This document shows positions 1-10,267 of a stretch of 35,015 bases of DNA, piece by piece. The notes below the pieces were generated by a model. It did no database searches, was not told where the DNA came from, and was given only the letters and a program-made list of their open reading frames with translations. The stretch is from an uncultured Robiginitalea sp. (GTDB lineage: Bacteria; Bacteroidota; Bacteroidia; Flavobacteriales; Flavobacteriaceae). Numbering within the stretch: position 1 is the stretch's first letter; each line of letters begins with the position of its first letter. Location of the stretch: the NCBI GenBank assembly GCA_964624565.1, contig CAZUZE010000002.1, forward strand, positions 1-35,015. Direction: 5' to 3'. A program made the position numbers and the translations under genes.

Positions 1-988
1 CACCTTCTTTTTCAACATCATGCATTATGCCCTCAGACCGTGGCCCTGGATTTTAATTGCACTGGCTTCCCTGGTTGTTTTTCCGGACGTGGCGAGCATC
101 CACGAGGCGTTCCCCAATGTGGAGGAAGGCAAGCTCGGGAACGACCTGGCATACTCCGCCATGCTGACCAAGCTGCCGCCCGGGCTGCTCGGGCTGGTCC
201 TGGCCTCCCTGGGGGCGGCCTACATGTCCACGATTTCCACCCACCTGAACTGGGGGTCCTCCTATGTGGTCAACGATTTTTACAGGCAGCAGGTCAAGCC
301 GGGGGCTTCGGAACGGGAACTCGTGGCCGTGGGGCGCATTACCACGGTGGTGCTGATGGTGTTCAGCGCCATCCTGGCCCTTTTCCTGACCAATGCCCTT
401 CAGCTTTTTGATATCATCCTGATGTTTGGGGCGGGGACGGGCCTGATCTTCATCCTTCGCTGGTTCTGGTGGCGCATCAATGCGTGGAGCGAGATTTCCG
501 CCATGTTTTCCTCGGGCCTCATTTCCATCCTGTTCAATTTCACGGACCTCGGGGGGTACCTCTTCGGAGGGCCGGCCCCTTCGGGGGAAGTTTTTGCCGG
601 CCTGCTTCCGGCCTGGAGCAAGTTCCCGGCCGTTGTTGCAATCACCACGGTAGTCTGGCTGGCCGTCACCTATGCCACCCCTCCTGAAAGTGCAGGCACC
701 CTCAGGGCTTTCTATAATAAGATTCAGCCAGGAGGCCCTGGCTGGAGGCGGGTTGTGGACCAGGCAAGGGAAGATGGGGAGGCACTGGACCAGGGAAGGA
801 AATGGACGGTGCCATCCGGCATCCTGGCAATGCTCCTGGGGTGTTTGCTGGTCTACAGCTGTATGTTCGCCACGGGGAACTGGATTTATGGCCATTATGC
901 CCTGGCCGCAGGGCTGACAGCCGTCGTCGTGGTGGCGGCCTGGTTGTTGCGGCGGATTTGGAGTCAGATAAAAGGTGATATATTATGA
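1..988 (+). CDS. Sodium:solute symporter (SSS) family protein, 5'-truncated by the window edge
   Basis: The frame is open from base 2 (TFFFNIMHYALRPWPW...). Multiple hydrophobic segments and SSS-like motifs LPPGLLGLVLASLGAAYMSTISTHLNWGSSYVVND and LRWFWWRINAWSEI. Confidence 0.85.
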   Translation, partial: TFFFNIMHYALRPWPWILIALASLVVFPDVASIHEAFPNVEEGKLGNDLAYSAMLTKLPPGLLGLVLASLGAAYMSTISTHLNWGSSYVVNDFYRQQVKPGASERELVAVGRITTVVLMVFSAILALFLTNALQLFDIILMFGAGTGLIFILRWFWWRINAWSEISAMFSSGLISILFNFTDLGGYLFGGPAPSGEVFAGLLPAWSKFPAVVAITTVVWLAVTYATPPESAGTLRAFYNKIQPGGPGWRRVVDQAREDGEALDQGRKWTVPSGILAMLLGCLLVYSCMFATGNWIYGHYALAAGLTAVVVVAAWLLRRIWSQIKGDIL

Positions 989-2073
989 AAGAACGCATTG
1001 TTTCCGTAGACATCTTCAGGGGGCTGACCATTGCCCTGATGATCCTGGTGAACACCCCGGGAACCTGGTCATCCGTCTATCCGCCCCTGCTCCACGCGAG
1101 CTGGCACGGATATACCCCGACCGACCTGGTTTTCCCCTTCTTTTTGTTTATCGTGGGCACGTCCATCGTCTTTGCCTACCGAAACAAACAACCCGGGGCG
1201 GCGGTATACCGGAAGATTTCGGTGCGGACCCTCAAACTGATCGGCCTGGGGCTGTTCCTGGGGGCCTTTACCATCTCCTTTCCCTTTATAGTGCCTTTTG
1301 AGGAAATCCGGTTTCCCGGGGTTCTGCAGCGCATTGGGGTAGTCTTTTTCGCCGCTTCGGTCCTCTACCTGAATTTCAACTGGAAAGTGCTGGCGGGGAT
1401 TGCCGCAGCGATTTTACTGGGGTACTGGGTTTGGATGGGGTTTGTCCCGATCGAAGGGCAGGCACCGACCTTTGAGCGGGCTGCAAACAACTGGGCGAAC
1501 TATATCGACCTGAATGTCTTCGGGACCCATATGTGGCAGGAGGACTACGATCCCGAAGGATTGCTCAGCACCTTCCCGGCCATCGTTACCTCCCTTCTGG
1601 GGATCTTCACCGGCCTGCTGCTCGTCGGCGACAGGCCCGACAAGGTGAAGGGAATGGTGTTCCTGGGTGTGGGGATGTTGCTCCTCGGCCACCTCTGGGA
1701 CCTTGTTTTCCCCATCAACAAAGCCCTGTGGACCAGCAGCTTTGTCCTGGTTACTGCAGGTTGGGCAAACCTGTTGCTGGCGCTGATCTACTACCTGACC
1801 GATGTGCGCGGGATGCGTTTCGGGAGCATCTTCAGGTATGCGGGGGCCAACGCCATCACCGTGTACTTCCTCTCGAGCTTTATCAGCAATTTGTTCTACC
1901 AGATTCAGGTCAAAGACGGGCTAAGCCTGCACGAATGGCTGTTCCAAACGATCTATGTGCACAACGGGATGCCCCTTCAACTCTCCTCCCTGCTCTACGG
2001 ACTGAGCGTGGTGGGATTTTACCTGCTGCTGGGGTGGTGGATGTACCGCAAGAAGATCTTTATCAAGGTCTAG
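985..2073 (+). CDS. NagX / heparan-alpha-glucosaminide N-acetyltransferase-like (DUF5009) membrane acyltransferase
   Basis: Motifs RIVSVDIFRGLTIALMILVN, HASWHGYTPTDLVFPFFLFIVG, GVLQRIG, DPEGLLST and PINKALWTSSFVL. ATGA overlap with the upstream stop. Confidence 0.85.
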   Translation: MKERIVSVDIFRGLTIALMILVNTPGTWSSVYPPLLHASWHGYTPTDLVFPFFLFIVGTSIVFAYRNKQPGAAVYRKISVRTLKLIGLGLFLGAFTISFPFIVPFEEIRFPGVLQRIGVVFFAASVLYLNFNWKVLAGIAAAILLGYWVWMGFVPIEGQAPTFERAANNWANYIDLNVFGTHMWQEDYDPEGLLSTFPAIVTSLLGIFTGLLLVGDRPDKVKGMVFLGVGMLLLGHLWDLVFPINKALWTSSFVLVTAGWANLLLALIYYLTDVRGMRFGSIFRYAGANAITVYFLSSFISNLFYQIQVKDGLSLHEWLFQTIYVHNGMPLQLSSLLYGLSVVGFYLLLGWWMYRKKIFIKV

Positions 2074-2663
2074 GAAGCATACCCCTGGAGCAGGCGGGCG
2101 ACGTATTTGCCGATCATATCGAATTCCAGGTTTACGCGGCTGCCCGTCCGGTACTCCATAAACCGGGTGTGGTCATAGGTGTAGGGTATGATGGCCACAC
2201 TGAAAGTGCCCGGGCCTGAATCCACCACGGTAAGGCTTACCCCGTCCACGGTGATCGAGCCTTTTTCGATCGTTATGCGGCCGGGACCTTCCTCATACCG
2301 GAATCCGAACCTCCAGCTCCCCCCGATTTCCTCTACCCCGGTGCATACGCCCACCTGGTCCACATGGCCCTGCACGATATGCCCGTCCAGGCGGGCCCCC
2401 AGGGTCATTGCCCGTTCCAGGTTGACTTTGCTGCCCACTTGCAGGTCGCCGAGATTGCTCTTGAGAAGGGTTTCCTCTATGGCCGTTACGGTGTAGGAGT
2501 CCGCAGCGGCGGAAACCACGGTCAGGCAGACCCCGTTGTGAGCGAGGCTCTGGTCCACTTTTAGCTCCCGGGCCAGGGGGGTCTTGATCGTAATGTTCAG
2601 GTTGGACCGGTCTTTTTCAAGGCGGTCGACAGTGCCGAGGGTTTCTATTATTCCTGTAAACAT
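2070..2663 (-). CDS. ribE: Riboflavin synthase (alpha chain)
   Basis: Diagnostic N-terminus MFTGIIE places the start at 2663. Also NGVCLTV, VNLERA, GHIVQGHVD, VDGVSLTV and VNLEFDMIGKYV. Confidence 0.96.
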   Translation of the reverse strand: MFTGIIETLGTVDRLEKDRSNLNITIKTPLARELKVDQSLAHNGVCLTVVSAAADSYTVTAIEETLLKSNLGDLQVGSKVNLERAMTLGARLDGHIVQGHVDQVGVCTGVEEIGGSWRFGFRYEEGPGRITIEKGSITVDGVSLTVVDSGPGTFSVAIIPYTYDHTRFMEYRTGSRVNLEFDMIGKYVARLLQGYAS

Positions 2664-2680
2664 AGTCCGTGGAAATTGAG

Positions 2681-2688
2681 TAATTTTG
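2681..2688 (+). promoter_or_regulatory. Bacteroidota -7 promoter element (TAatTTTG) for pdxA
   Basis: Exact TAnnTTTG match ending 32 nt upstream of the ATG at 2721. Confidence 0.6.
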
Positions 2689-2705
2689 ACCAGGCTGTTA
2701 AGACA

Positions 2706-2713
2706 CAAAGGTA
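2706..2713 (-). promoter_or_regulatory. Bacteroidota -7 promoter element (TAccTTTG) for riboflavin synthase
   Basis: CAAAGGTA on + reads TACCTTTG on -, about 42 nt upstream of the ribE ATG. Confidence 0.6.
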
Positions 2714-2720
2714 CAGATTC

Positions 2721-3791
2721 ATGCAGGATTCGGAGGAAAAAATCAAAGTGGGCATTTCAGTGGGCGACCTCAACGGGATTGGCCCGGAAGTAGCTTTAAG
2801 GGCGTTCGAGGATCCCCGGATGCTCGATTTCTGCACCCCTGTCTTTTTTGCCTCCAACAAGACGATTTCGTTCCTGACCAATCATTTCGGGATCGCCATT
2901 AAGTTCCACGGGATCCCGGATGCGGCTGAGGCCATCGACGGAAAAATCAATGTGGTCAACGTGTGGAAGGATTCCCCGGAAATCACCTTCGGGCAGCCTG
3001 CCAAAACAGGGGGTTCCTATGCCGTAAAGTCCCTGCGGGCCGCCGTTAGCGCCCTGAAAAAAGGAAGCGTGGATATCCTTGTAACCGCCCCGATCAACAA
3101 GAAGACGGTACAGGGGGAGGACTTCAACTTTCCCGGCCATACGGATTACCTGGCGAAGGAACTCGGGGGCAACAGCCTGATGTTCATGGTGACCGACACC
3201 CTGAAGATCGGGTTGCTGACGGACCATGTCCCGGTAAAGGACGCCCCGTCCCTGATCACCAGGGAGTTGATTTTTGAAAAGGTACGGGCCATGGAGAATT
3301 CCCTGATCCGGGATTTCGGCATTGACAGGCCCAAAATTGCCGTCCTCGGAATCAACCCGCACAGCGGGGATGACGGGGTGATCGGCACGGAGGACGACAC
3401 CGTGCTCAGGCCTGCCCTGAAAAAGCTGTCGGAGGGGAAGCACCTCGTTTTCGGCCCGTATGCCGCGGACACCTTTTTTGCCTCTGACACCTACAGGAAT
3501 TTTGACGGGGTCCTCGCGGCGTACCACGACCAGGGCCTGATCCCTTTCAAAACCCTCTCCTTTGGAAAGGGGGTGAATTTTACGGCCGGCCTGGACAGGA
3601 TCCGGACTTCTCCGGACCACGGGACCGCATTTGACATAGCGGGTAAGAACCTTGCCAACCCGGACTCCTTTAAGGAGGCGGTATTTATGGGGATCCATAT
3701 TTTCAGGGAGCGCAGGCAATACGAGGAGCTGACCCGGAACCCATTGAAAAAGCACCGGTTGAAACGCATCGGGAAAGGGGAGGACCGCTAG
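2721..3791 (+). CDS. pdxA: 4-hydroxythreonine-4-phosphate dehydrogenase
   Basis: Motifs GDLNGIGPE, TAPINK, FPGHTDYL, GINPHSGD, YHDQGLIPFK and RTSPDHGTAFDIAG. Start taken at ATG 2721, downstream of the promoter box. Confidence 0.95.
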   Translation: MQDSEEKIKVGISVGDLNGIGPEVALRAFEDPRMLDFCTPVFFASNKTISFLTNHFGIAIKFHGIPDAAEAIDGKINVVNVWKDSPEITFGQPAKTGGSYAVKSLRAAVSALKKGSVDILVTAPINKKTVQGEDFNFPGHTDYLAKELGGNSLMFMVTDTLKIGLLTDHVPVKDAPSLITRELIFEKVRAMENSLIRDFGIDRPKIAVLGINPHSGDDGVIGTEDDTVLRPALKKLSEGKHLVFGPYAADTFFASDTYRNFDGVLAAYHDQGLIPFKTLSFGKGVNFTAGLDRIRTSPDHGTAFDIAGKNLANPDSFKEAVFMGIHIFRERRQYEELTRNPLKKHRLKRIGKGEDR

Positions 3792-3811
3792 GCAATTATT
3801 GGCTTAAATTA

Positions 3812-3841
3812 TTGGGTTTTAACAAAAAAAAGGTATCTTTG
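3812..3841 (+). promoter_or_regulatory. Bacteroidota sigma70 promoter for yceD-rpmF
   Basis: TTG at 3812-3814, a 19-nt spacer, then TAtcTTTG at 3834-3841. Confidence 0.7.
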
Positions 3842-3867
3842 CACGCCTTAAATGAATGGAAGAGGAA

Positions 3868-4404
3868 ATGAGGCATAGGGAGTTCGAAATTCCTTTTTCG
3901 GGATTGAAGGCAGGGAAACATCAGTTTGATTTCCAAATTGACAACGCGTTCTTTGACTCTTTTCAGTACGATGAATTCAACGGAGCCGACATACAGGTCC
4001 GCGCGCTGCTCACCAAAATGAGCAACATGATGGAGCTGGAACTGGACGCCCGGGGAACGGTGAACCTGGCCTGTGACCTGACCAGTGAGCCCTATGACCA
4101 GCCCATTGAAAGCGCGCTGGAGCTGGTGATCAAATTCGGGGAGGAGTACAATGACGAGGACGACGAAATCCTGGTCCTGCCCCTGGGGGCGCACCAGTTT
4201 AATATCGCCCAGTATATTTACGAAATGCTCGTACTGGCCGTTCCGACCAAACGCGTGCATCCGGGAATAGCCGATGGCACGCTGGATTCGGAAGTATTGC
4301 GGAAGCTGGAAGAATTGCGTCCGAAAGAGCTCAAAAGCGAAGAAAATGAAATCGATCCCAGGTGGGATGCATTAAAAGGATTACTAATAGATAAAAAAAA
4401 ATAG
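3868..4404 (+). CDS. yceD: YceD/DUF177 family protein (start may be 3856)
   Basis: IPFSGLKAGKHQFDF, IAQYIYEMLVLAVP and C-terminal DPRWDALK; directly upstream of rpmF. Confidence 0.9.
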   Translation: MRHREFEIPFSGLKAGKHQFDFQIDNAFFDSFQYDEFNGADIQVRALLTKMSNMMELELDARGTVNLACDLTSEPYDQPIESALELVIKFGEEYNDEDDEILVLPLGAHQFNIAQYIYEMLVLAVPTKRVHPGIADGTLDSEVLRKLEELRPKELKSEENEIDPRWDALKGLLIDKKK

Positions 4405-4410
4405 CGTACC

Positions 4411-4608
4411 ATGGCACATCCTAAAAGAAAAATTTCGAAGACCAGAAGGGATAAACGACGCACCCACTATAAGGCTACAGCACCCACCCTTGCCAAAGAT
4501 CCGACAACCGGGGAGATGCACCTGTTTCACAGGGCTCACTGGCACGAGGGAAAACTCTATTACAGGGGGCAGGTCCTGGTTGACAAAACCGAAGAGGCCA
4601 CGGCCTAA
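4411..4608 (+). CDS. rpmF: 50S ribosomal protein L32
   Basis: [19 protein letters not shown]...HRAHW...YYRG. Confidence 0.97.
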   Translation: MAHPKRKISKTRRDKRRTHYKATAPTLAKDPTTGEMHLFHRAHWHEGKLYYRGQVLVDKTEEATA

Positions 4609-4629
4609 GGTACACGGGCAAAGAAATAC

Positions 4630-4660
4630 AGCTCCCACTTGGCAAAGTGGGAGTTTTTTT
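4630..4660 (+). terminator. Rho-independent terminator after rpmF
   Basis: Stem AGCTCCCACTT / AAGTGGGAGTT with a GGCA loop, followed by a T run. Confidence 0.85.
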
Positions 4661-4776
4661 ATGGCCTCTTATTTCCCAAAAAACAACAGAAAAGGGCAAA
4701 AATTCCCGGAAAATCCTTATTTTTCACCGATTTAGAAGCTTTTCCTGGGGTTCTTTTCTCAAAAAACCTGTATTTA

Positions 4777-5775
4777 ATGAATGCGATAACAGCAGCGATT
4801 ACCGCTGTGGGAGGTTACGTTCCGGAGTATCGACTTACCAATGCCATTCTGGAGACAATGGTGGATACCACCGATGAATGGATCACCACCCGTACCGGGG
4901 TCAGGGAGCGAAGAATTCTGAAGGACCCGGACAAAGGGACCTCTTACCTGGCCATCGAAGCAGCCAAAGACCTGATCCGAAAGCGGAACCTCGACCCGGC
5001 GGAAATCGACCTGGTCATCCTTGGGACGGCCACCCCGGATTTGCCCGTGGCAGCCACCGCGGTTTATGTGGCCACGGAAATCGGCGCCGTCAATGCCTTT
5101 GCCTACGACCTGCAGGCAGCCTGCTCGAATTTTTTGTACGGGATGTCCACGGCAGCCCGCTATATCGAATCGGGCCGGTATAAAAAAGTCCTGCTGATCG
5201 GGGCGGACAAGATGTCTTCGATTATCGACTATACGGACCGGACCACCTGCATCATTTTTGGGGACGGGGGCGGAGCGGTCCTCTTTGAACCCTCCGGGGA
5301 AGGCCTCGGGCTCATCGACGAGTACCTCAGGTCCGATGGATCCGGCCGGCCTTTCCTCCATATAGAAGCAGGAGGATCCCTTATGCCGGCTTCAGAGGAA
5401 ACGGTCCGCAATAAAAAGCACTATGTGTTCCAGGACGGGAAGTCCGTATTTAAGTTCGCCGTGTCCAATATGGCGGATGTCGCGGCCAAAATCATGGAGC
5501 GCAATGAGCTTTCCCATGAAGATATCGCTTGGCTGGTGCCCCACCAGGCCAATAAACGGATTATCGATGCCACTGCGAACCGCATGGGACTCGACCATTC
5601 CAAGGTCATGATGAACATCGAGAAGTTCGGGAACACCACTTCGGCAACCCTGCCCTTGCTCCTTTACGATTATGAATCCCAGCTCAGAAAAGGGGACAAC
5701 CTTGTTTTTGCGGCCTTCGGAGGCGGCTTCACATGGGGCTCCATTTACCTTAAATGGGCCTACGATCCGAAATAA
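4777..5775 (+). CDS. fabH: Beta-ketoacyl-ACP synthase III
   Basis: EWITTRTG, DLQAACS (catalytic Cys), FGDGGGA, VPHQAN (His), GNTTSAT (Asn) and FGGGFTWG. Start at MNAITAA (4777). Confidence 0.95.
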   Translation: MNAITAAITAVGGYVPEYRLTNAILETMVDTTDEWITTRTGVRERRILKDPDKGTSYLAIEAAKDLIRKRNLDPAEIDLVILGTATPDLPVAATAVYVATEIGAVNAFAYDLQAACSNFLYGMSTAARYIESGRYKKVLLIGADKMSSIIDYTDRTTCIIFGDGGGAVLFEPSGEGLGLIDEYLRSDGSGRPFLHIEAGGSLMPASEETVRNKKHYVFQDGKSVFKFAVSNMADVAAKIMERNELSHEDIAWLVPHQANKRIIDATANRMGLDHSKVMMNIEKFGNTTSATLPLLLYDYESQLRKGDNLVFAAFGGGFTWGSIYLKWAYDPK

Positions 5776-5799
5776 AAACAACTACCAAAACCTGAATCC

Positions 5800-6276
5800 A
5801 TGGATATCAAAGAAATTCAAAGCCTCATCAAGTTTGTGGCCAAATCAGGGGCCAGCGAAGTGAAGCTGGAGACGGACGACATCAAGATCACCATCCGTAC
5901 CGGACCCGCTTCCCACGGAGCGGAAACCACCTATGTACAGCAAATCCCGATACAGGCCCAGCCCGTATCCCAACCTGCAGCTCCTGCCGTGCAGCCGGCC
6001 GCTGAAGCCCAGGAGGAAAAAGGGGAGGACTCCAAATACATCACCATCAAGTCTCCGATCATAGGGACCTTCTACCGGAAGCCCTCCCCGGATAAGCCCG
6101 CCTTTGTGGAGGTAGGAGATACCATTTCCAAAGGGGACGTGCTTTGTGTGATCGAAGCCATGAAGCTCTTCAACGACATCGAATCGGAGGTTTCAGGGAA
6201 GATTGTCAAAGTACTCGTGGAAGATTCTTCCCCGGTTGAGTTCGATCAGCCCCTGTTCCTGGTCGACCCGTCCTGA
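5800..6276 (+). CDS. accB: Acetyl-CoA carboxylase biotin carboxyl carrier protein
   Basis: Pro/Ala-rich linker, SPIIGTFY and the biotinylation motif EAMKL. Confidence 0.97.
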   Translation: MDIKEIQSLIKFVAKSGASEVKLETDDIKITIRTGPASHGAETTYVQQIPIQAQPVSQPAAPAVQPAAEAQEEKGEDSKYITIKSPIIGTFYRKPSPDKPAFVEVGDTISKGDVLCVIEAMKLFNDIESEVSGKIVKVLVEDSSPVEFDQPLFLVDPS

Positions 6277-6330
6277 GGCAACAAGCCGCAGCCGCTTTTT
6301 TAATTCAATAATCTGCCAAGAAGACGCGCC

Positions 6331-7686
<1,356 letters not shown>

Positions 7687-7724
7687 GGCCCTTAGGGAGG
7701 CGAAAACCTTAAATACAGTTAGTG

Positions 7725-8849
7725 ATGGAATTGAGCTACTGGGAACTGGACACCTGGCTTGAAAAGCTCGATTTCTGCATCGTGGGCAGCGGGATCACCG
7801 GCCTGACCTGTGCCCTTGAACTCCGGCAATCCCACCCCGGGGCCAGGATCCTCATCCTTGAAAAAGGGGTGTTTCCACAGGGGGCCAGCACCAAAAATGC
7901 GGGTTTTGCCTGTTTCGGGAGCCTTAGCGAAATCCTGTCAGACCTCCGGCACCATACCGAAGAAGAGGTGGTGGCCCTGGTCGCCCAGCGATGGGATGGG
8001 ATACAAGTCTTAAGGGAGCGGCTGGGGGACTCCGCCATGGGATACCGGCAGTGGGGCGGGTACGAGGTGTTCCAGGAAAAAGACAGGGCGGTTTTTGAGC
8101 ACTGCAGGGAGGAAATGGACCGGGTGAATCGGCTTTTGGAGCCCGTATTCGGGGAGGCGTGTTTCCGGGTGGCCCAAAACACCTTCGGGTTTGGGAAGGT
8201 CCTCCCGCACCTCATTGTGAATCCGATGGAAGGGCAGCTGGATACAGGGAGGATGATGCAGGCCCTCCTGGACCTGGCCCTTTCGGCCCCCAATCCCATA
8301 CGGATCCTGAATGGGGTACCGCTTACCGGCTACACCGATCTTGGGGACAGGGTTGCCGTTTCGACGGCCCACTTCGAGTTTTATGCCCGCAAGCTGTTGC
8401 TTGCAACCAATGGGTTTGCCGGGGAACTCGGGGTCACGGGGGTAGCCCCCGCCCGGGCCCAGGTACTGGTTACCGAGCCCATTCCCGGGCTCCCGCTCAA
8501 GGGGGCCTTTCATATGGATGAAGGGTTTTATTACTTCAGGAACGTCGGGCAGCGCGTCCTTTTCGGGGGCGGGAGGAACCTGGACCCGGAGGGAGAAACC
8601 ACGACGGAATTCGGACAGACCGAACCCATTCAGCAATCCCTGGAGCGGTTTCTCAGGGAGGTCATCCTCCCGGATACCCCTTTCCGGATCGCGCATCGAT
8701 GGAGCGGGATCATGGGCGTGGGCCCCCAGAAGAAGCCCATAGTCAGGAGGTTTTCGGACAACGTTGCCTGTGGCGTCCGGCTGGGCGGCATGGGGGTCGC
8801 GATTGGGAGCCATGTGGGCCGGGAACTCGCCGGATTGGCCGGGCTGTAA
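7725..8849 (+). CDS. FAD-dependent oxidoreductase (DAO / glycine-D-amino acid oxidase superfamily)
   Basis: IVGSGITG dinucleotide-binding motif, GASTKNAGF, ATNGF, RWSGIMG and GGMGVAIG. Confidence 0.85.
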   Translation: MELSYWELDTWLEKLDFCIVGSGITGLTCALELRQSHPGARILILEKGVFPQGASTKNAGFACFGSLSEILSDLRHHTEEEVVALVAQRWDGIQVLRERLGDSAMGYRQWGGYEVFQEKDRAVFEHCREEMDRVNRLLEPVFGEACFRVAQNTFGFGKVLPHLIVNPMEGQLDTGRMMQALLDLALSAPNPIRILNGVPLTGYTDLGDRVAVSTAHFEFYARKLLLATNGFAGELGVTGVAPARAQVLVTEPIPGLPLKGAFHMDEGFYYFRNVGQRVLFGGGRNLDPEGETTTEFGQTEPIQQSLERFLREVILPDTPFRIAHRWSGIMGVGPQKKPIVRRFSDNVACGVRLGGMGVAIGSHVGRELAGLAGL

Positions 8850-8930
8850 TGCCCGCATGGGGCGCCGTTGTTTTTTTAGGTCATTTTTTTGATGCATCTT
8901 CAATTCCGGGAAACCCCAAGCTGAGAGAAT

Positions 8931-10262
8931 TTGGAACTCGTCTATTTGTTTTTTGCCGTACTGCTCATCATATGGATGACGACCCGCCTGAAGGTACACC
9001 CGTTCCTGGTCCTCCTGCTGGTGTCCATGGCCTATGGGGCAGTTGCCGGAATGTCCGGTGAGGCCCTGGTCTCGTCGGTCAGCAAGGGGTTTGGCAATAC
9101 GATGGGAAAGATTGGACTGATCATTGTCCTGGGGGTGATGATCGGGGCGTTCCTCGAGCATTCCGGAGGGGCCCGGGCCATTGCGGAGAAGGTGCTTGGC
9201 TGGATTGGCAACCGGAGGATCCCCCTGGCCATGGGGGTTCTGGGGTACATTGTATCCATCCCGGTATTTGCAGACAGCGGCTTTATGCTGCTCGACCCCC
9301 TGAACAAGAGCATGAGCCGGAGAGCCGGAACTTCCCTGGCCCCCGGGGCGATTGCTCTCGGTCTCGGCCTGATGGTTTCACATACCCTTATGCCTCCCAC
9401 CCCGGGCCCTATTGCCGCCGCCGGGATCCTGGAAGCCGACCTCGGACTGGTCATCCTCTTTGCCCTGCCCGTAAGCCTGCTGGCCCTTGCCGTCTCGGTG
9501 TGGTTCGCGGGCCGCGTAGCCGGCAGGACCCGAATCGAACCCGGGCCGGAGGCCGAAACGGACCCGGTTTTAGCCGCCGATCCGGACTACCGTCCGGGGG
9601 TCCTCGTGTCCCTCCTGCCCATAGTTACCCCTATTTTGCTGATCGTCCTTAAATCGGTTTTCGGGGCCTCCGGGGCGCCTGGGACCGGGATTGCCTCCCT
9701 GGTCGATTTTCTGGGAGAACCTGTGATTGCCCTGATGATCGGGTTGTTGCTCTGCCTGTTCCTGCCGCCCAGGCTGGACACGCGGATGCTCTCTTCCGGG
9801 GGATGGGTAGGGCAGGCGATACGGGACGCGGCCTCAATCCTACTAATTACGGGAGCCGGGGGGATTTTCGGTTCTGTATTGCAGGATTCGGGGATCGCAG
9901 AAGTCCTGGGAAACCGACTGGTCACCTACAACCTCGGGATTTTCCTCCCCTTTGTCCTGGCGGCCGCCCTGAAGACGGCCCAGGGCTCCTCCACGGTTGC
10001 CCTGATCACGGCGGCCTCCATCCTCTACCCCATGATGCCCGCGCTGGGCCTGGAGTCCGAAATACAAAAAGCCCTTGCGGTGGTGGCACTGGGGGCCGGC
10101 TCTTCGGTCATATCCCATGCCAACGACAGTTTTTTCTGGGTGGTCACCCAGATGACGGGCATGGATGTCCGGACGGGCTATAAGCTCTTCGGGGGCGGCA
10201 CTTTCCTGCTGGGGACCTCGGCAGCCTTAGGGGTGTATCTCTGTTCCTTCTTCTTCTCCTGA
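8931..10262 (+). CDS. GntP family permease (TTG start)
   Basis: LKVHPFLVLL, SIPVFADSGF, PPTPGP, KTAQGSSTVALIT and SHANDSFFWVV. Confidence 0.9.
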   Translation: MELVYLFFAVLLIIWMTTRLKVHPFLVLLLVSMAYGAVAGMSGEALVSSVSKGFGNTMGKIGLIIVLGVMIGAFLEHSGGARAIAEKVLGWIGNRRIPLAMGVLGYIVSIPVFADSGFMLLDPLNKSMSRRAGTSLAPGAIALGLGLMVSHTLMPPTPGPIAAAGILEADLGLVILFALPVSLLALAVSVWFAGRVAGRTRIEPGPEAETDPVLAADPDYRPGVLVSLLPIVTPILLIVLKSVFGASGAPGTGIASLVDFLGEPVIALMIGLLLCLFLPPRLDTRMLSSGGWVGQAIRDAASILLITGAGGIFGSVLQDSGIAEVLGNRLVTYNLGIFLPFVLAAALKTAQGSSTVALITAASILYPMMPALGLESEIQKALAVVALGAGSSVISHANDSFFWVVTQMTGMDVRTGYKLFGGGTFLLGTSAALGVYLCSFFFS

Positions 10263-10267
10263 GCCCA

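Noticed and set aside
3824-4401. A8 run in the yceD promoter spacer and A9 run at the yceD 3' end as phase-variation tracts
   Set aside because: Short A runs are routine in Bacteroidota promoters and Lys-rich termini, and these are housekeeping genes.
4639-4776. N-terminal extension of FabH
   Set aside because: Begins inside the rpmF terminator; FabH similarity starts at 4777.
4609-4776. Absence of plsX between rpmF and fabH
   Set aside because: Common arrangement in Flavobacteriaceae, and no remnant is visible.
5113-5136. FabH active-site variant AACSNF (usually ACSGF/ACSSF)
   Set aside because: The catalytic Cys-His-Asn triad is intact; one substitution is not enough to infer a changed function.
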